Part shown: piece by piece, positions 47,875-58,365 of the stretch
How the letters are laid out: the number at the start of each line of letters is the position of its first letter
Position numbering within the stretch: the first letter of the stretch is position 1
Assembly: GCA_041736875.1 (NCBI GenBank)
Contig: JBGSSV010000131.1
Coordinates: 6,820 to 70,819 of the forward strand
Direction of reading: 5' to 3'
DNA: 64,000 bases
DNA from: Chthoniobacterales bacterium
GTDB lineage: Bacteria; Verrucomicrobiota; Verrucomicrobiia; Chthoniobacterales; JACTMZ01
Translations under genes and position numbers: made by a program
The notes under the pieces: generated by a model
The model's input: the letters and a program-made list of their open reading frames with translations, nothing else
Databases searched by the model: none
What the model was told of the DNA's origin: nothing

Positions 47875-50800
47875 TCACGGAGCGATGGTGGCCTCGACCC
47901 GGTAGAAGTCCTTGCCTGCAGCCGGCACGACAAATTCCTTGCGCTCGTAGTCGGCGGGGATGTTGATGCCGTTGGTATTGGCCGAGTTCGAGACCGTGAC
48001 CGAGGCGTTGGTCCAAGCGATGGTCAAGTTGGGTGTTTTCTGCACGGCGTAGGTCACGCCGCCGGGCGGGTCTTTGCGTTGCACCCACTGGAACACCGCA
48101 TTGGTGCCCACCTTCGTTGCGGTGAGCAGGGCCGGTGAGCCGATGGTGGGATTGCCATCGAAGGCGAACTCCTCATTGTTGTCGAACGGATCTCCATCGG
48201 GATTGGCCGTGCCCGCGGTGTTGGTGAATCCGGGACTCACGCCCTGCCAGTAGCTGACCCAGGATGCGTAGTTGTTGGTGGCACCGGATTGGACGGTCAG
48301 CACGCTGTTCGACTGGGTGAAGACGTAGGTCGCGCCGTTGGTCGTGTTGGTCCAGCTCCCGCCAGCGCCGCTGAAGCCGCTGACGATGAAGTTGGTGCCG
48401 TAGGAGTCGGTGACGGTCGGCGCGACGATGGTCCAAGTGGCGCCCGTGGTGGTCGAAGCGCCGGTGAGGTCGAAGTCAAAGATGCCCTCGGCGTTGAACG
48501 TGCCGGTGCCGTTGACGGCATTGTTCGTGCCATTGCCGCCGATAACGAAGGCGAGGCGGGCACCATCTACCAGCGTGACCGAACCACCTGCGATCGTGGT
48601 ATTGCCGGTGTGGGTGTTGGTGCCGCGGAGTTCGAGCGTTCCGCCGCTGGTCTTGTTGATTCCGCCCGGGCCGGTGAAGCCGCCGTTGATCTGCAGGGTG
48701 CTGGTGCCGCTGACCTCGACCCGCACCGTGGCCGTGCCGCCGGACAGCGTGATCGGACCGCCGAGAACGTTGCGGCTGGTGGCCGTGTTACCGCCGAGTT
48801 CCGCGCCCTCGGCCAACGTGATGGGTTCGTTGTTGGTCAGGGCGTTGGTCGAGCTGTTGAAGAACGCCAGGCTGGCGTTGGACGAGACCACCGTGCCGAA
48901 GGCGGCGTCGCCGAGCGAGGTGGCCGTGTTGACGGAGACGACATTGCCCTGGGTGATGTTGAATGTGCCCATGGAGACCGCGCCCACATTGATGGTGAAT
49001 TGGTTCGTTCCAACTTTGGTCAAGGTATTCGTCCCGCCGTTGATGTTCGGGGTCGCGCCGACGAAGGATGTGTCGATCCGCGTCGTGCCGCCGATTGATA
49101 CGGCACTGGTGAAGGCCAGACGCAAGCCTGTGGCCGAGTTGGTGCCGTTGTTGACCACGGCCCCGAGGCTGCCGGAGCCTGAGCCTGCAATGGTGACGAC
49201 GCGATTCGCGTTGTTCTGCCCGTTGAGGTCGAGGGTCGCCCCGTCCGCGACGCTGACGGCATTGGTCGTGACCCCGAGCGAGTTGGAGGTCGCGAGCCGC
49301 AGGGCGCCGGCGGAAATAGCGGTATTGCCGGAGTAGCTGTTGCTCGCCGAAAGAGTGAGTGTGCCGGCCCCCGCCTTCCCGAAGGAGCCCGCGCCGCTGA
49401 TGATTCCGGTGAAGTCCGAATTTGTCGCCTCATCCAAGGCGAAGGTGCTGTTGTTGGTCATGATGACGTTGCCGGCGAAGTTGTTCAGCGAGGTGCGAAG
49501 CGTGCCGCCGGTGATCGTGGTGTCGGCGGTGAAAGCGTTGGTGCCTCCGAGAACCAACGTGCCGGCGCCTGCCTTGGTCAGCGCGCCGTTCGTCAACCCG
49601 CCGTTGACGATCGCGGTGGCGGCGTTGACCGTGATTGTGCGGTTGCTGCCTGCGAGGTTGATGCTGTTGACGAAGGTGAGGGTGTTGTTGGCTGTGGCGC
49701 CGTTGAGCACAAGGATGGAGGGGACTTGGAGGAAGTTCGTTTGTCCCCAAGTGAGGGCGGTCGGGCTGGAGGTGCCACCGAGAGCCACGGTGATCGGTGC
49801 GCCGAAGGCGCTGAACCCGATGTTGGCGATGTTGGTGTTGGTGGTGCTTCCGGGCCCGACGCTGATCTCTCCTGCATTGGTGCCGATCAAGCGCGTCATG
49901 TTGGCCGACGATTCGAAGATGCCGCCCGAGTTTCCGGTCGGGTTGCCGATCCGCAGGGTCGAGTTGGTCGCGATGTTGACCCCGTCCTGGGCACGGAGTG
50001 TGCCGGTTTGCACGGTGATGGCGCCGTTGCTATTGGAATGGGTGACACTCCCGTTGAACACAACCAGAGCGCCGCTAAGACCAGTGAACAGGCTTACGCC
50101 TGACCCAGAAAAGACGATCTTGCCGTTAACGATCACCGTGCCCGCTTCGCCAACTGCGGCACTCCCAATACGGCCGAAGTTTCGCACCCAAACATCGCCG
50201 TTGACCGTGGCGGCGTTCGAGGTGTTGCCGTTGTAAAGATAGGTGTCGCCCGCGATGCCAATGTTGTTGGCCACGGTGTTACCGTTGAGGTCAAGAAACG
50301 CAGTCAAGGGGGCCAGCAAAGCGGGGTTGGTGATGACAAGGATATTGCCCGTTCCTGCCGCGGTGCTGGAACCAAGGACCAAGCGCCCCTGCTCCACCAC
50401 CGTGGCGAATAGGGGTGTGCCGAAGGCGGCAAAGGACATGAAGGAGTTGCTGATGGACCCCGTATAGTTGTTGGAGGAGTTGTTGAGCACAAAACGTCCT
50501 GTGCCCGACTTGATCAGTCCGTTGGTCCCCGCCACCTGAGCACCGAACGTGACACTCTTGCCACCACCCAAGGCGTTGACCGTGACGATCGGGTTGGTCC
50601 CAGCCAAGGTCAGAGGACCGCTGCTGAGAGTCCAGCCGGCCGCGGAGTTCGTGTCGGTGTCGCCGAAAATCAAACTCCCAATCGTCACCGGCGTATCCAG
50701 CGTGACGGTCGTATCGGCCGTGATGTTGATCGTGTTGAAGTCCGCGCTGGCGTTGGTTCCGCCGGCCACGTTACCGCCGGACCAGTTGGTGGCGGCGGAC

Positions 50801-50901
50801 CAGTTGCCGGCAGCGGTGTTGGTCCAGACCCCATTGGTCTGGGCGTGGGTGAATGAGGAGAGCGCCAAGGATAGCGCCACGAGGGGGAGGATGGATTTCA
50901 T
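47875..50901 (-). CDS. secreted autotransporter-associated beta-strand repeat protein without a beta-barrel, with a verrucomicrobial-type C-terminal domain
   Basis: Signal peptide; repeats LTKAGAGTLVLGGTN.FT…GGTL; C-terminal YASW…NPDGD…N.EEFAF..NP…Y.VQ.T.NL..W…FYRV. Confidence 0.9.
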   Translation of the reverse strand: MKSILPLVALSLALSSFTHAQTNGVWTNTAAGNWSAATNWSGGNVAGGTNASADFNTINITADTTVTLDTPVTIGSLIFGDTDTNSAAGWTLSSGPLTLAGTNPIVTVNALGGGKSVTFGAQVAGTNGLIKSGTGRFVLNNSSNNYTGSISNSFMSFAAFGTPLFATVVEQGRLVLGSSTAAGTGNILVITNPALLAPLTAFLDLNGNTVANNIGIAGDTYLYNGNTSNAATVNGDVWVRNFGRIGSAAVGEAGTVIVNGKIVFSGSGVSLFTGLSGALVVFNGSVTHSNSNGAITVQTGTLRAQDGVNIATNSTLRIGNPTGNSGGIFESSANMTRLIGTNAGEISVGPGSTTNTNIANIGFSAFGAPITVALGGTSSPTALTWGQTNFLQVPSILVLNGATANNTLTFVNSINLAGSNRTITVNAATAIVNGGLTNGALTKAGAGTLVLGGTNAFTADTTITGGTLRTSLNNFAGNVIMTNNSTFALDEATNSDFTGIISGAGSFGKAGAGTLTLSASNSYSGNTAISAGALRLATSNSLGVTTNAVSVADGATLDLNGQNNANRVVTIAGSGSGSLGAVVNNGTNSATGLRLAFTSAVSIGGTTRIDTSFVGATPNINGGTNTLTKVGTNQFTINVGAVSMGTFNITQGNVVSVNTATSLGDAAFGTVVSSNASLAFFNSSTNALTNNEPITLAEGAELGGNTATSRNVLGGPITLSGGTATVRVEVSGTSTLQINGGFTGPGGINKTSGGTLELRGTNTHTGNTTIAGGSVTLVDGARLAFVIGGNGTNNAVNGTGTFNAEGIFDFDLTGASTTTGATWTIVAPTVTDSYGTNFIVSGFSGAGGSWTNTTNGATYVFTQSNSVLTVQSGATNNYASWVSYWQGVSPGFTNTAGTANPDGDPFDNNEEFAFDGNPTIGSPALLTATKVGTNAVFQWVQRKDPPGGVTYAVQKTPNLTIAWTNASVTVSNSANTNGINIPADYERKEFVVPAAGKDFYRVEATIAP

Positions 50902-50932
50902 GGTCGGAGGGGAGGTTGGAGGTTTTTGAGTT

Positions 50933-50991
50933 ATGTCAACATGTGTCAGAATACTTGTTGATATTATTTATCGAGGATAGGGAGTCTGCAA
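50933..50991 (-). promoter_or_regulatory. AT-rich promoter with inverted-repeat operator
   Basis: TTGCAG-N17-AATAAT on the minus strand; inverted repeat ATGTCAACA-N14-TGTTGATAT at 50933-50964. Confidence 0.55.
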
Positions 50992-50999
50992 CAGTTTTT

Positions 51000-52113
<1,114 letters not shown>

Positions 52114-52136
<23 letters not shown>

Positions 52137-53790
52137 GGGCGGGGGGTTCGATGAGGTTGTTGTGCAAAGTGACATTGAGGCAGCCCTCGGTGTCGAAGGA
52201 CGGTGCTTCCGAATTCTGCGCGGGATAGTTCGAGGAGCCGAGGATTTGATTGCCGCGGACGATGAGGCCGTCCACCCCGCGGGCCCGCACGATGCGCGGG
52301 TCGAAGACGCGGAAGAGGTTGTCCTCGATGCGGACGTTGCGGTGGTAGGCGTTGTCCGCTTGGTGCCCCTCCTGGATCCCCGGGCTCAACTGGATGGCGG
52401 CCTTGCCCCAGATGCCGTAGTTGCAATCCTCGAAGGTGTTGCGGCGAATGAGGACATCGCGCACGCAGCCGCTCTCGAACCAAAAGTTGGCATCGCCTTC
52501 GATGAGAATGGCTGCGCCGGGCACGTGCATGGTGTTCTCCTCGATGAGGACGCGTCCCGGCGTGGAGATGAGAAATCCGCGGGCGCGGTTGCCGTGGCAG
52601 GAGCAACCGCGGATGGTCAGATCGGCCGACCAGGACACATTGCCCACGGCATCGCCCTCCCGCGGTGGGCGGGACGGCGGCGTGGCCAACCGGATGCGGA
52701 GAAATTCCTTGTTAACGCGTTCGATGTGCTCGACCGGGGCGGTGTGGAAAGTCGCCAACGATTCGTGGTCCACCAACTCGACGACTTCTCCCGGCGCCGC
52801 CAGATCGATGCCGCGCTGTTGGCGGTGAGCCAGGCGCAGCTCAAACTCGGCCGGACCGAGCACCCGCGTGATCGGGGCGTAGATGCCGTGGACGTTGGTC
52901 GCATCGTCCATCTGGTTCTCGAACCGGCACCCCTCGATTGTGATGTTTCCCCGGCAGTTGACGAAATGCGTGGCGTCGGCGGTCGTCGAGAGCATGCGGG
53001 ATCCGTCGGCGCGCGGCACGACGCGCACGCCGTGCAGGGCAAGGTCCTCGCACCGCTGGGCAATCAAACCCATGGCGCCGGCATGGTGGATGGTCACGTC
53101 GCGCAGCTCCACCCCGCGGCAACCGCGTGCCACGATGGCGGGGGAATCCCGACGGTCGCTCAAGATGGCGAGGACATTGCCCGGGTGGGGCAGGGGCTCG
53201 CGCAGGGCTGCGGTGAGGCGGACGGTGTCCGGGCCGATGACCTCCGCATGGTGGCGGCGCCCAACGCCGAAATTGTCGAAGACCTTGAACGCGGTCTCGC
53301 GGCGTTCGCTGTCGAATTCGAGGATGTTGCGGATCTCGAAGGTGTCGGGCCGGGGGCCGAACTCAAGGCGTCCGTCGCGCACGCGGAACGGGAACCCGGA
53401 GCGGATCTCCAGATCCACCGCATCCCCGGATGCGGCGATGACCACGGCTTCTCCGTGGAAGGGGACGTCCCAGTCGATCGAGAAGCCCGAAAGACGCACG
53501 CTCTGGCACTCGTCCAGCAGGAAGGGCACCAGCTCGCCGTGGAAGAAGAACTCCGCCTGCGGGCCCTCGACGGCGAAATCCTTCCGGCCGCAGAGGGGGA
53601 AGACGATGCGCTTGAGTCCTTCATCGTTGTTGGAGACGAAAAGGTATTGCTCGGTGGCGAGGTGCGAGTGGAAGTCGTAGCGGCCGGGCGCAAAATGCAG
53701 GCCTCCGCACTCGGGCTCCTGCAGGGCCCTCCGCACGAGTGGCGTGTAGTCCGTCCCGGTCTCCGGGGTGAAGCAGGTTTTGTTTTTCAT
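52114..53790 (-). CDS. GH110-type alpha-1,3-galactosidase-like protein, no signal peptide
   Basis: SNNDEGLKRIVF, ADATHFVNCRG.I.IE.CRFENQMDDATNVHG, NRARG.L.ST.G and WFESG.V. Confidence 0.88.
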
Positions 53791-54719
53791 GATTTTGATG
53801 GCAAAAATTCGCGATTGGCTTCCAGGACCTCGGCCGCGATTGCTTGCAGCGAATGGGCCTGCTCGGCGGTGAGCTCGGGAGGATGGAAGGGATTGCCCGT
53901 GGGTGACAGGGCGAAAAGAAACCCGAAGAGGACGCAACCGGCGAGGTAGGACCCGGCCGGGTTGGCATGGTGCGCGTCGAGAACCAGCCGCGGTGGCGGT
54001 TTCAGCGACCAGCGCCAGCCGATGTGCAACGACCCGTCTTGCACGGGCAGGCGGTCCGGCGTGGCTTGTGTGAGGTCGAAGCTCGGCTCAGCTCGGTAGG
54101 TCCAGAGGGGGCGCTGCGAGGCCAAATGAAACGCCTCGCCGACTGGAACGATAGGCAGACCGAGTTCGCGCGCGACGCCGCGGCAGGCTTGCCGGATGTC
54201 TTCGTGCATCTTGGCCGGGGTGGCTCCGTTGGCATACTTCGGATCGTCCCACCGGTAAGCCCACGTCTGGTGGAATGCGATGGCTGCGCCCGGAGACCGC
54301 TTCCGCAGGTGCGCAACCAACTGCGACGCGTAGGGCCGGTAAGATGTGGCGTCATCGCTCAGACGGCTGGCCTGCTGGATCGTGATGACATCCCATGGGC
54401 CGGAGGCGAGGGCGTCGTCGAGCGACCGCGTCGGTTTGCCTGGACCTGTCGAATAGATTTTTGCGCCCTCGGAGTTTCCGACCAAACCTGCCTCGACCGC
54501 CTCCCAATGGGTCTGCAGGCTGCAGCCGCTCAAGTTGGCCCGACCGATCACGACCGAACGGCCGGCGGCTTCGGCGAGGTCGGGGAGGAAGCGGACCATG
54601 TTGTCGGCGAAGCTGTTTCCCACGGTGAGCAACCGCAAGGCAGGCGGCGCCGCGGGCCGGGCGTGAAGGACACTGCAGGCGCAAAGGAGCAGGACGAAAA
54701 TGCGGAGGAAATGCTTCAA
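53787..54719 (-). CDS. SGNH-fold protein (DUF4886-like putative esterase), secreted
   Basis: LTVGNSF, GCSL..HW, WDVITIQQAS, HQTWAY and D.HHAN..GSYL. Confidence 0.85.
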   Translation of the reverse strand: MKHFLRIFVLLLCACSVLHARPAAPPALRLLTVGNSFADNMVRFLPDLAEAAGRSVVIGRANLSGCSLQTHWEAVEAGLVGNSEGAKIYSTGPGKPTRSLDDALASGPWDVITIQQASRLSDDATSYRPYASQLVAHLRKRSPGAAIAFHQTWAYRWDDPKYANGATPAKMHEDIRQACRGVARELGLPIVPVGEAFHLASQRPLWTYRAEPSFDLTQATPDRLPVQDGSLHIGWRWSLKPPPRLVLDAHHANPAGSYLAGCVLFGFLFALSPTGNPFHPPELTAEQAHSLQAIAAEVLEANREFLPSKS

Positions 54720-56083
54720 CGGTCCTCCTTCTCCGAAGAGGGGTTCTTGAGCGCTGCGGCCCGTTGCCGCAGGGCCGGCTCGCGCTCGACGTTGCGGGTG
54801 ATGACTTTGTTGATCTCAGCGGCAAGCTCTCGGGCCGCTTCCTCGGGGGTGAGCACGCGATTTTCGATTTTGCCGATGGTTTCCAGAATCCAGCGGGATA
54901 TCTGGGCCGAGTCGACGAACGGGCTCGTGTCCAGAGGGCGGGCTTCCCGGATGGCTTCGACGAAAACCTGATGGAATGCGGGATCGGGCACGGCCTCGTT
55001 GGCCAGAGCCTCGCCGGTTTGCGCCAGGAGGGGATTGGGCGGCAGGGAATCGCCATCGCGCACGATGCCCGCCCCGTATTCCGGGCTGGCGAGGTAAGCA
55101 AGGAATTTGACGGCTTCCTCGGGGTGCTGGCTCAGGGCGTTGATGGCCACGCCGCGCGCCCGGGTCGCGCCGCGGGAAGGTTGCCCTGGCAGGCGGGGAA
55201 GCGGGGCTGCCGCCAGATGGCCTTTGATCTCCGGGAAATTTCCGGCCTGCACAGTGAACCAGCGTCCGATGATGATCATGGCCGCTTCGCCCGAGGAGAA
55301 CCAATTGATGCCTCCCGCCCCCCATCCGCCCTGGCTGGACATGGCCGAGGCCTGCTCAGGCGTCGGCAGCACGCGGTGTTCGAACATCAAGTCGTGGTAT
55401 TGGCGGAAGGCGGCGACGGCCTCCGGCGAATCCAAGAGGCAGGTCCGCCCATCCGCGGAGAAAAGTTTTGCGCCGTGGGTGACGAAGAGGTCGGACATCA
55501 GTTCTTGCGGGGACCAGTTGGCCACCGGGATGTGCGTTCGGCCGCTCTTCGACGGTGTCGTGGCGATGGCTTGCGCCGCCGCCACGAAATCATCCCACGT
55601 CCAATCGGGTTGAGGATAAGGCACCCCATGGTCGTCGAAGATCGCGCGATTGTAGAGGACCGCCTGCACGTTGACGTTGCAGGGGAAGCGGTATTGCCGT
55701 CCGTCCACCGTGAGCGCCTCGCGCACGGCAGGGTAGGTTTTTTCGAGCCCGAACCCGTGTTCGCGCGCCAAGTCGTCGAGCGGCACGAGCAGCCCCGCCT
55801 GCACCATGCTGTGCATCGTTGCCTCCGGAAGATCCATGATGTCCGGCCCCACCCCGGTGGCGCATTGCACGATGAGTTTGGTCGCATCGCCCGACTCGGT
55901 GACGACGCGCAAGTGCGGGTGCTGTTCGGAAAAGCCCGCCGTCTGGCGGTCGCGCGCCGGATTCGGGTCCGTGGCCCAGCGCAGAACGGTCTCACCGGGT
56001 TTTCCCTCGGGCTCGAGAGTGGCGAGGGCCACCGCGTAGGCGGCGAGGAAGAGTCCGAGCGCGGCGAGGAAGATGTATTTCAT
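54716..56083 (-). CDS. sugar ABC transporter substrate-binding protein
   Basis: N-terminal anchor, GPDIMD, LYNRAIFD, WTWDDF and F.SGEAAM. Confidence 0.92.
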   Translation of the reverse strand: MKYIFLAALGLFLAAYAVALATLEPEGKPGETVLRWATDPNPARDRQTAGFSEQHPHLRVVTESGDATKLIVQCATGVGPDIMDLPEATMHSMVQAGLLVPLDDLAREHGFGLEKTYPAVREALTVDGRQYRFPCNVNVQAVLYNRAIFDDHGVPYPQPDWTWDDFVAAAQAIATTPSKSGRTHIPVANWSPQELMSDLFVTHGAKLFSADGRTCLLDSPEAVAAFRQYHDLMFEHRVLPTPEQASAMSSQGGWGAGGINWFSSGEAAMIIIGRWFTVQAGNFPEIKGHLAAAPLPRLPGQPSRGATRARGVAINALSQHPEEAVKFLAYLASPEYGAGIVRDGDSLPPNPLLAQTGEALANEAVPDPAFHQVFVEAIREARPLDTSPFVDSAQISRWILETIGKIENRVLTPEEAARELAAEINKVITRNVEREPALRQRAAALKNPSSEKEDR

Positions 56084-56925
56084 CCTTTGACTCCCCCGAG
56101 TTGCAGGCCCTTGACGAGGAACTTCTGGAAGATGATGAAGATGACGATGAGTGGGACGATGTTCATCACCGTGGCGGCCATGATGAGTTCCGTCTGCCGT
56201 CCGTAGGAACTGTCGAGGCGGAGCATGCCCACCGGCATGGTGAACAACTGCTCATCCTGCAGCATGACCAGCGGCCAGAAGAATGATTGGTAGGCCCCGA
56301 GGAAGGTCAGCACGCAAAGGGCGATGAGACCCGGTCGGGCGAGAGGCACGATGACGTCCCAGAACGTCACCCAATGGCCCGCGCCGTCGATCCGCGCCGC
56401 TTCGTCGAGCGAAGTCGGGATGGAGAGCATGAACTGCCGCAACAGGAAGGTGCCAAAGGCGCTGAAGGCCGCCGGAATGATGAGGCCGTGGTAGGTATTG
56501 ATGAAACCGAAGGCCACCATGAGCTGGAAGTTCGGGATCATGGTGACAACGCCCGGGATCATCATGGTGGCGAGGTAGAGAAGGAAAACCTGGTCACGTC
56601 CCGGCCAGACGATGCGGGAGAAGGCGTAGGCCGCCATGGCGCTGGTGAGGACCTGGAAGATCGTAATGCCCATGGCCACGAAGAGGCTGTTGAAATACCA
56701 CCGGCCGAAGCGGACCCCGAGAAACTCGCCGGTCACCGGATCGGGCAGCAGATCCAGCACGACCGGGTAGTTGATCGGGTTCGGCTCCCGCGGCACGATG
56801 TGGGCTTGTTCCACCTCGGCGCGGTTCTTGAACGAGGCGCACACCATCCAGAAAAACGGGGCGGAAAGAGCCACACCGATGATGCAGAGAAGGAGAAACC
56901 GGGGAATGGTGCGGACGGGGATCAT
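56080..56925 (-). CDS. carbohydrate ABC transporter permease (MalG-like)
   Basis: PFFWM…SFK, FNSL and FLLRQF…IP..LDEAARIDGA EAA loop. Confidence 0.95.
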   Translation of the reverse strand: MIPVRTIPRFLLLCIIGVALSAPFFWMVCASFKNRAEVEQAHIVPREPNPINYPVVLDLLPDPVTGEFLGVRFGRWYFNSLFVAMGITIFQVLTSAMAAYAFSRIVWPGRDQVFLLYLATMMIPGVVTMIPNFQLMVAFGFINTYHGLIIPAAFSAFGTFLLRQFMLSIPTSLDEAARIDGAGHWVTFWDVIVPLARPGLIALCVLTFLGAYQSFFWPLVMLQDEQLFTMPVGMLRLDSSYGRQTELIMAATVMNIVPLIVIFIIFQKFLVKGLQLGGVKG

Positions 56926-56928
56926 GGG

Positions 56929-58365
56929 TCAAACGTCGAGGCTCTTGCCGAAGCGCCAGTTGAAAGCCGTGATGCAGAACAGCATGGCGAACAGCACCCA
57001 AGAGATAGCTGCGGCGTAGCCGAAGTTGAGGTCCTGAAATCCCACGGTGTAAATGTAGTAGCTCAGCGTCGTGGTGGCACCGGCCGGCCCGCCTCCGGTC
57101 ATCACCCGGGCCTGCTCGAAGCCGCCCTGCAGACCGCCGATGACCGAGACGATGGAGATGAAAAAGGTCGTGGGCGCGAGTTGCGGCCAGGTCACATGCA
57201 CGAACCGCTGCCAGCGGTTGGCCCCGTCGATCTCGGCCGCTTCTCCCAGCTCGACCGGCACGTTGGAGAGCGCAGCCAGATAGAGGAGCATGTTCGTGCC
57301 TCCGACCGCCGTCCAGAACCCCATGATCATGAGCGAGGGCTTGGCCAGTTCGATGCTGGCCAGCCATTGCGGCAATTCCGACGCGGGCAGGCCGGTGAGC
57401 ATGCCCAGCAGGGAGTTGATGGGGCCGGTTTGCGGATTGTAGAGCGCTTTCCACAGAATCATGAGGGCGACGCCGGAAGTGAACGAGGGGAGGTAAAAAA
57501 TCGTGCGGAAAGCCACGAGATTGAACGCGAAGCCGAGCGCGGCGATGACCCAAAGGACGGCGACGACGAGGGCGAAGTCGCGCGAGCCTGCCGCCCACAG
57601 GGCGAAGGCCATGACGCCGCCGCTGACGAGGCAGAGCCCCGCCGCCGCAGCCCCGCGGCCCGCCTTGACCGGCAGGTTGTCGGTGAGAAGAATTGCCAGC
57701 GCGAGTGATCCGGCCACGGCAAACGGAATGCCGAGCATCATGTAGAGTGTGTTGTAGAGGTAATACCAGAAGCGGGCGTCGTGCGGCTCGTGGGCGGACC
57801 ACATTGGTCCGTGCAGGAGCCAAAGTCCGGCGGTGCCGAGCAAAGCCGCGAGGGCGGGTAAGCTTCCCACGGACGGCGCCGGTCCGTCCTCATCCTCATT
57901 GGGTCGCCACAAGGCCCAGCCGAGCAGAGTGAGGACGGCGGCGATGATGTAGAGGCTGTGATGGCCGCCTGAGATTAGCGTCCCCACGGCCACGGCCAAC
58001 CCCGCGGCGAGAAAACCTCCGGCGCCGGCGCGTCCGGCCCGACTGCCGGTCATGGCCATCCAGACCGCTCCGATGATGCCGCACAACAGCAGCAGGGCGG
58101 CCACGAGATAGCCCGTGGCCAGCCACGGCGCCGCCTCGGCCCGGGCCGAGAACCAGAGGACGTCGGTGAAGTTGCGCAACCCGACGAACTCGCGCGGAAC
58201 CGAGGGTTTGAGCGTCCAGTTCGTGAAGGCCATCACGAGCGAAAAGACGACCGGAAAGAGCGTGAAGAGAAAAAATCCGAGGAAGTTCGGCAGGAGAAAG
58301 CCGAACACCGCCTTCGGTGGCCACTTGCGCCGCCGGTTCATACGGGGTGCCGCAGTGCTGCTCAC
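56929..58365 (-). CDS. carbohydrate ABC transporter permease (MalF-like) with extra TM insertions
   Basis: FLLPN, FVGLRNF, FRTIFYLP, EAAEIDGA and GGPAG.T; GTGA overlap with the upstream stop. Confidence 0.93.
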   Translation of the reverse strand: MSSTAAPRMNRRRKWPPKAVFGFLLPNFLGFFLFTLFPVVFSLVMAFTNWTLKPSVPREFVGLRNFTDVLWFSARAEAAPWLATGYLVAALLLLCGIIGAVWMAMTGSRAGRAGAGGFLAAGLAVAVGTLISGGHHSLYIIAAVLTLLGWALWRPNEDEDGPAPSVGSLPALAALLGTAGLWLLHGPMWSAHEPHDARFWYYLYNTLYMMLGIPFAVAGSLALAILLTDNLPVKAGRGAAAAGLCLVSGGVMAFALWAAGSRDFALVVAVLWVIAALGFAFNLVAFRTIFYLPSFTSGVALMILWKALYNPQTGPINSLLGMLTGLPASELPQWLASIELAKPSLMIMGFWTAVGGTNMLLYLAALSNVPVELGEAAEIDGANRWQRFVHVTWPQLAPTTFFISIVSVIGGLQGGFEQARVMTGGGPAGATTTLSYYIYTVGFQDLNFGYAAAISWVLFAMLFCITAFNWRFGKSLDV

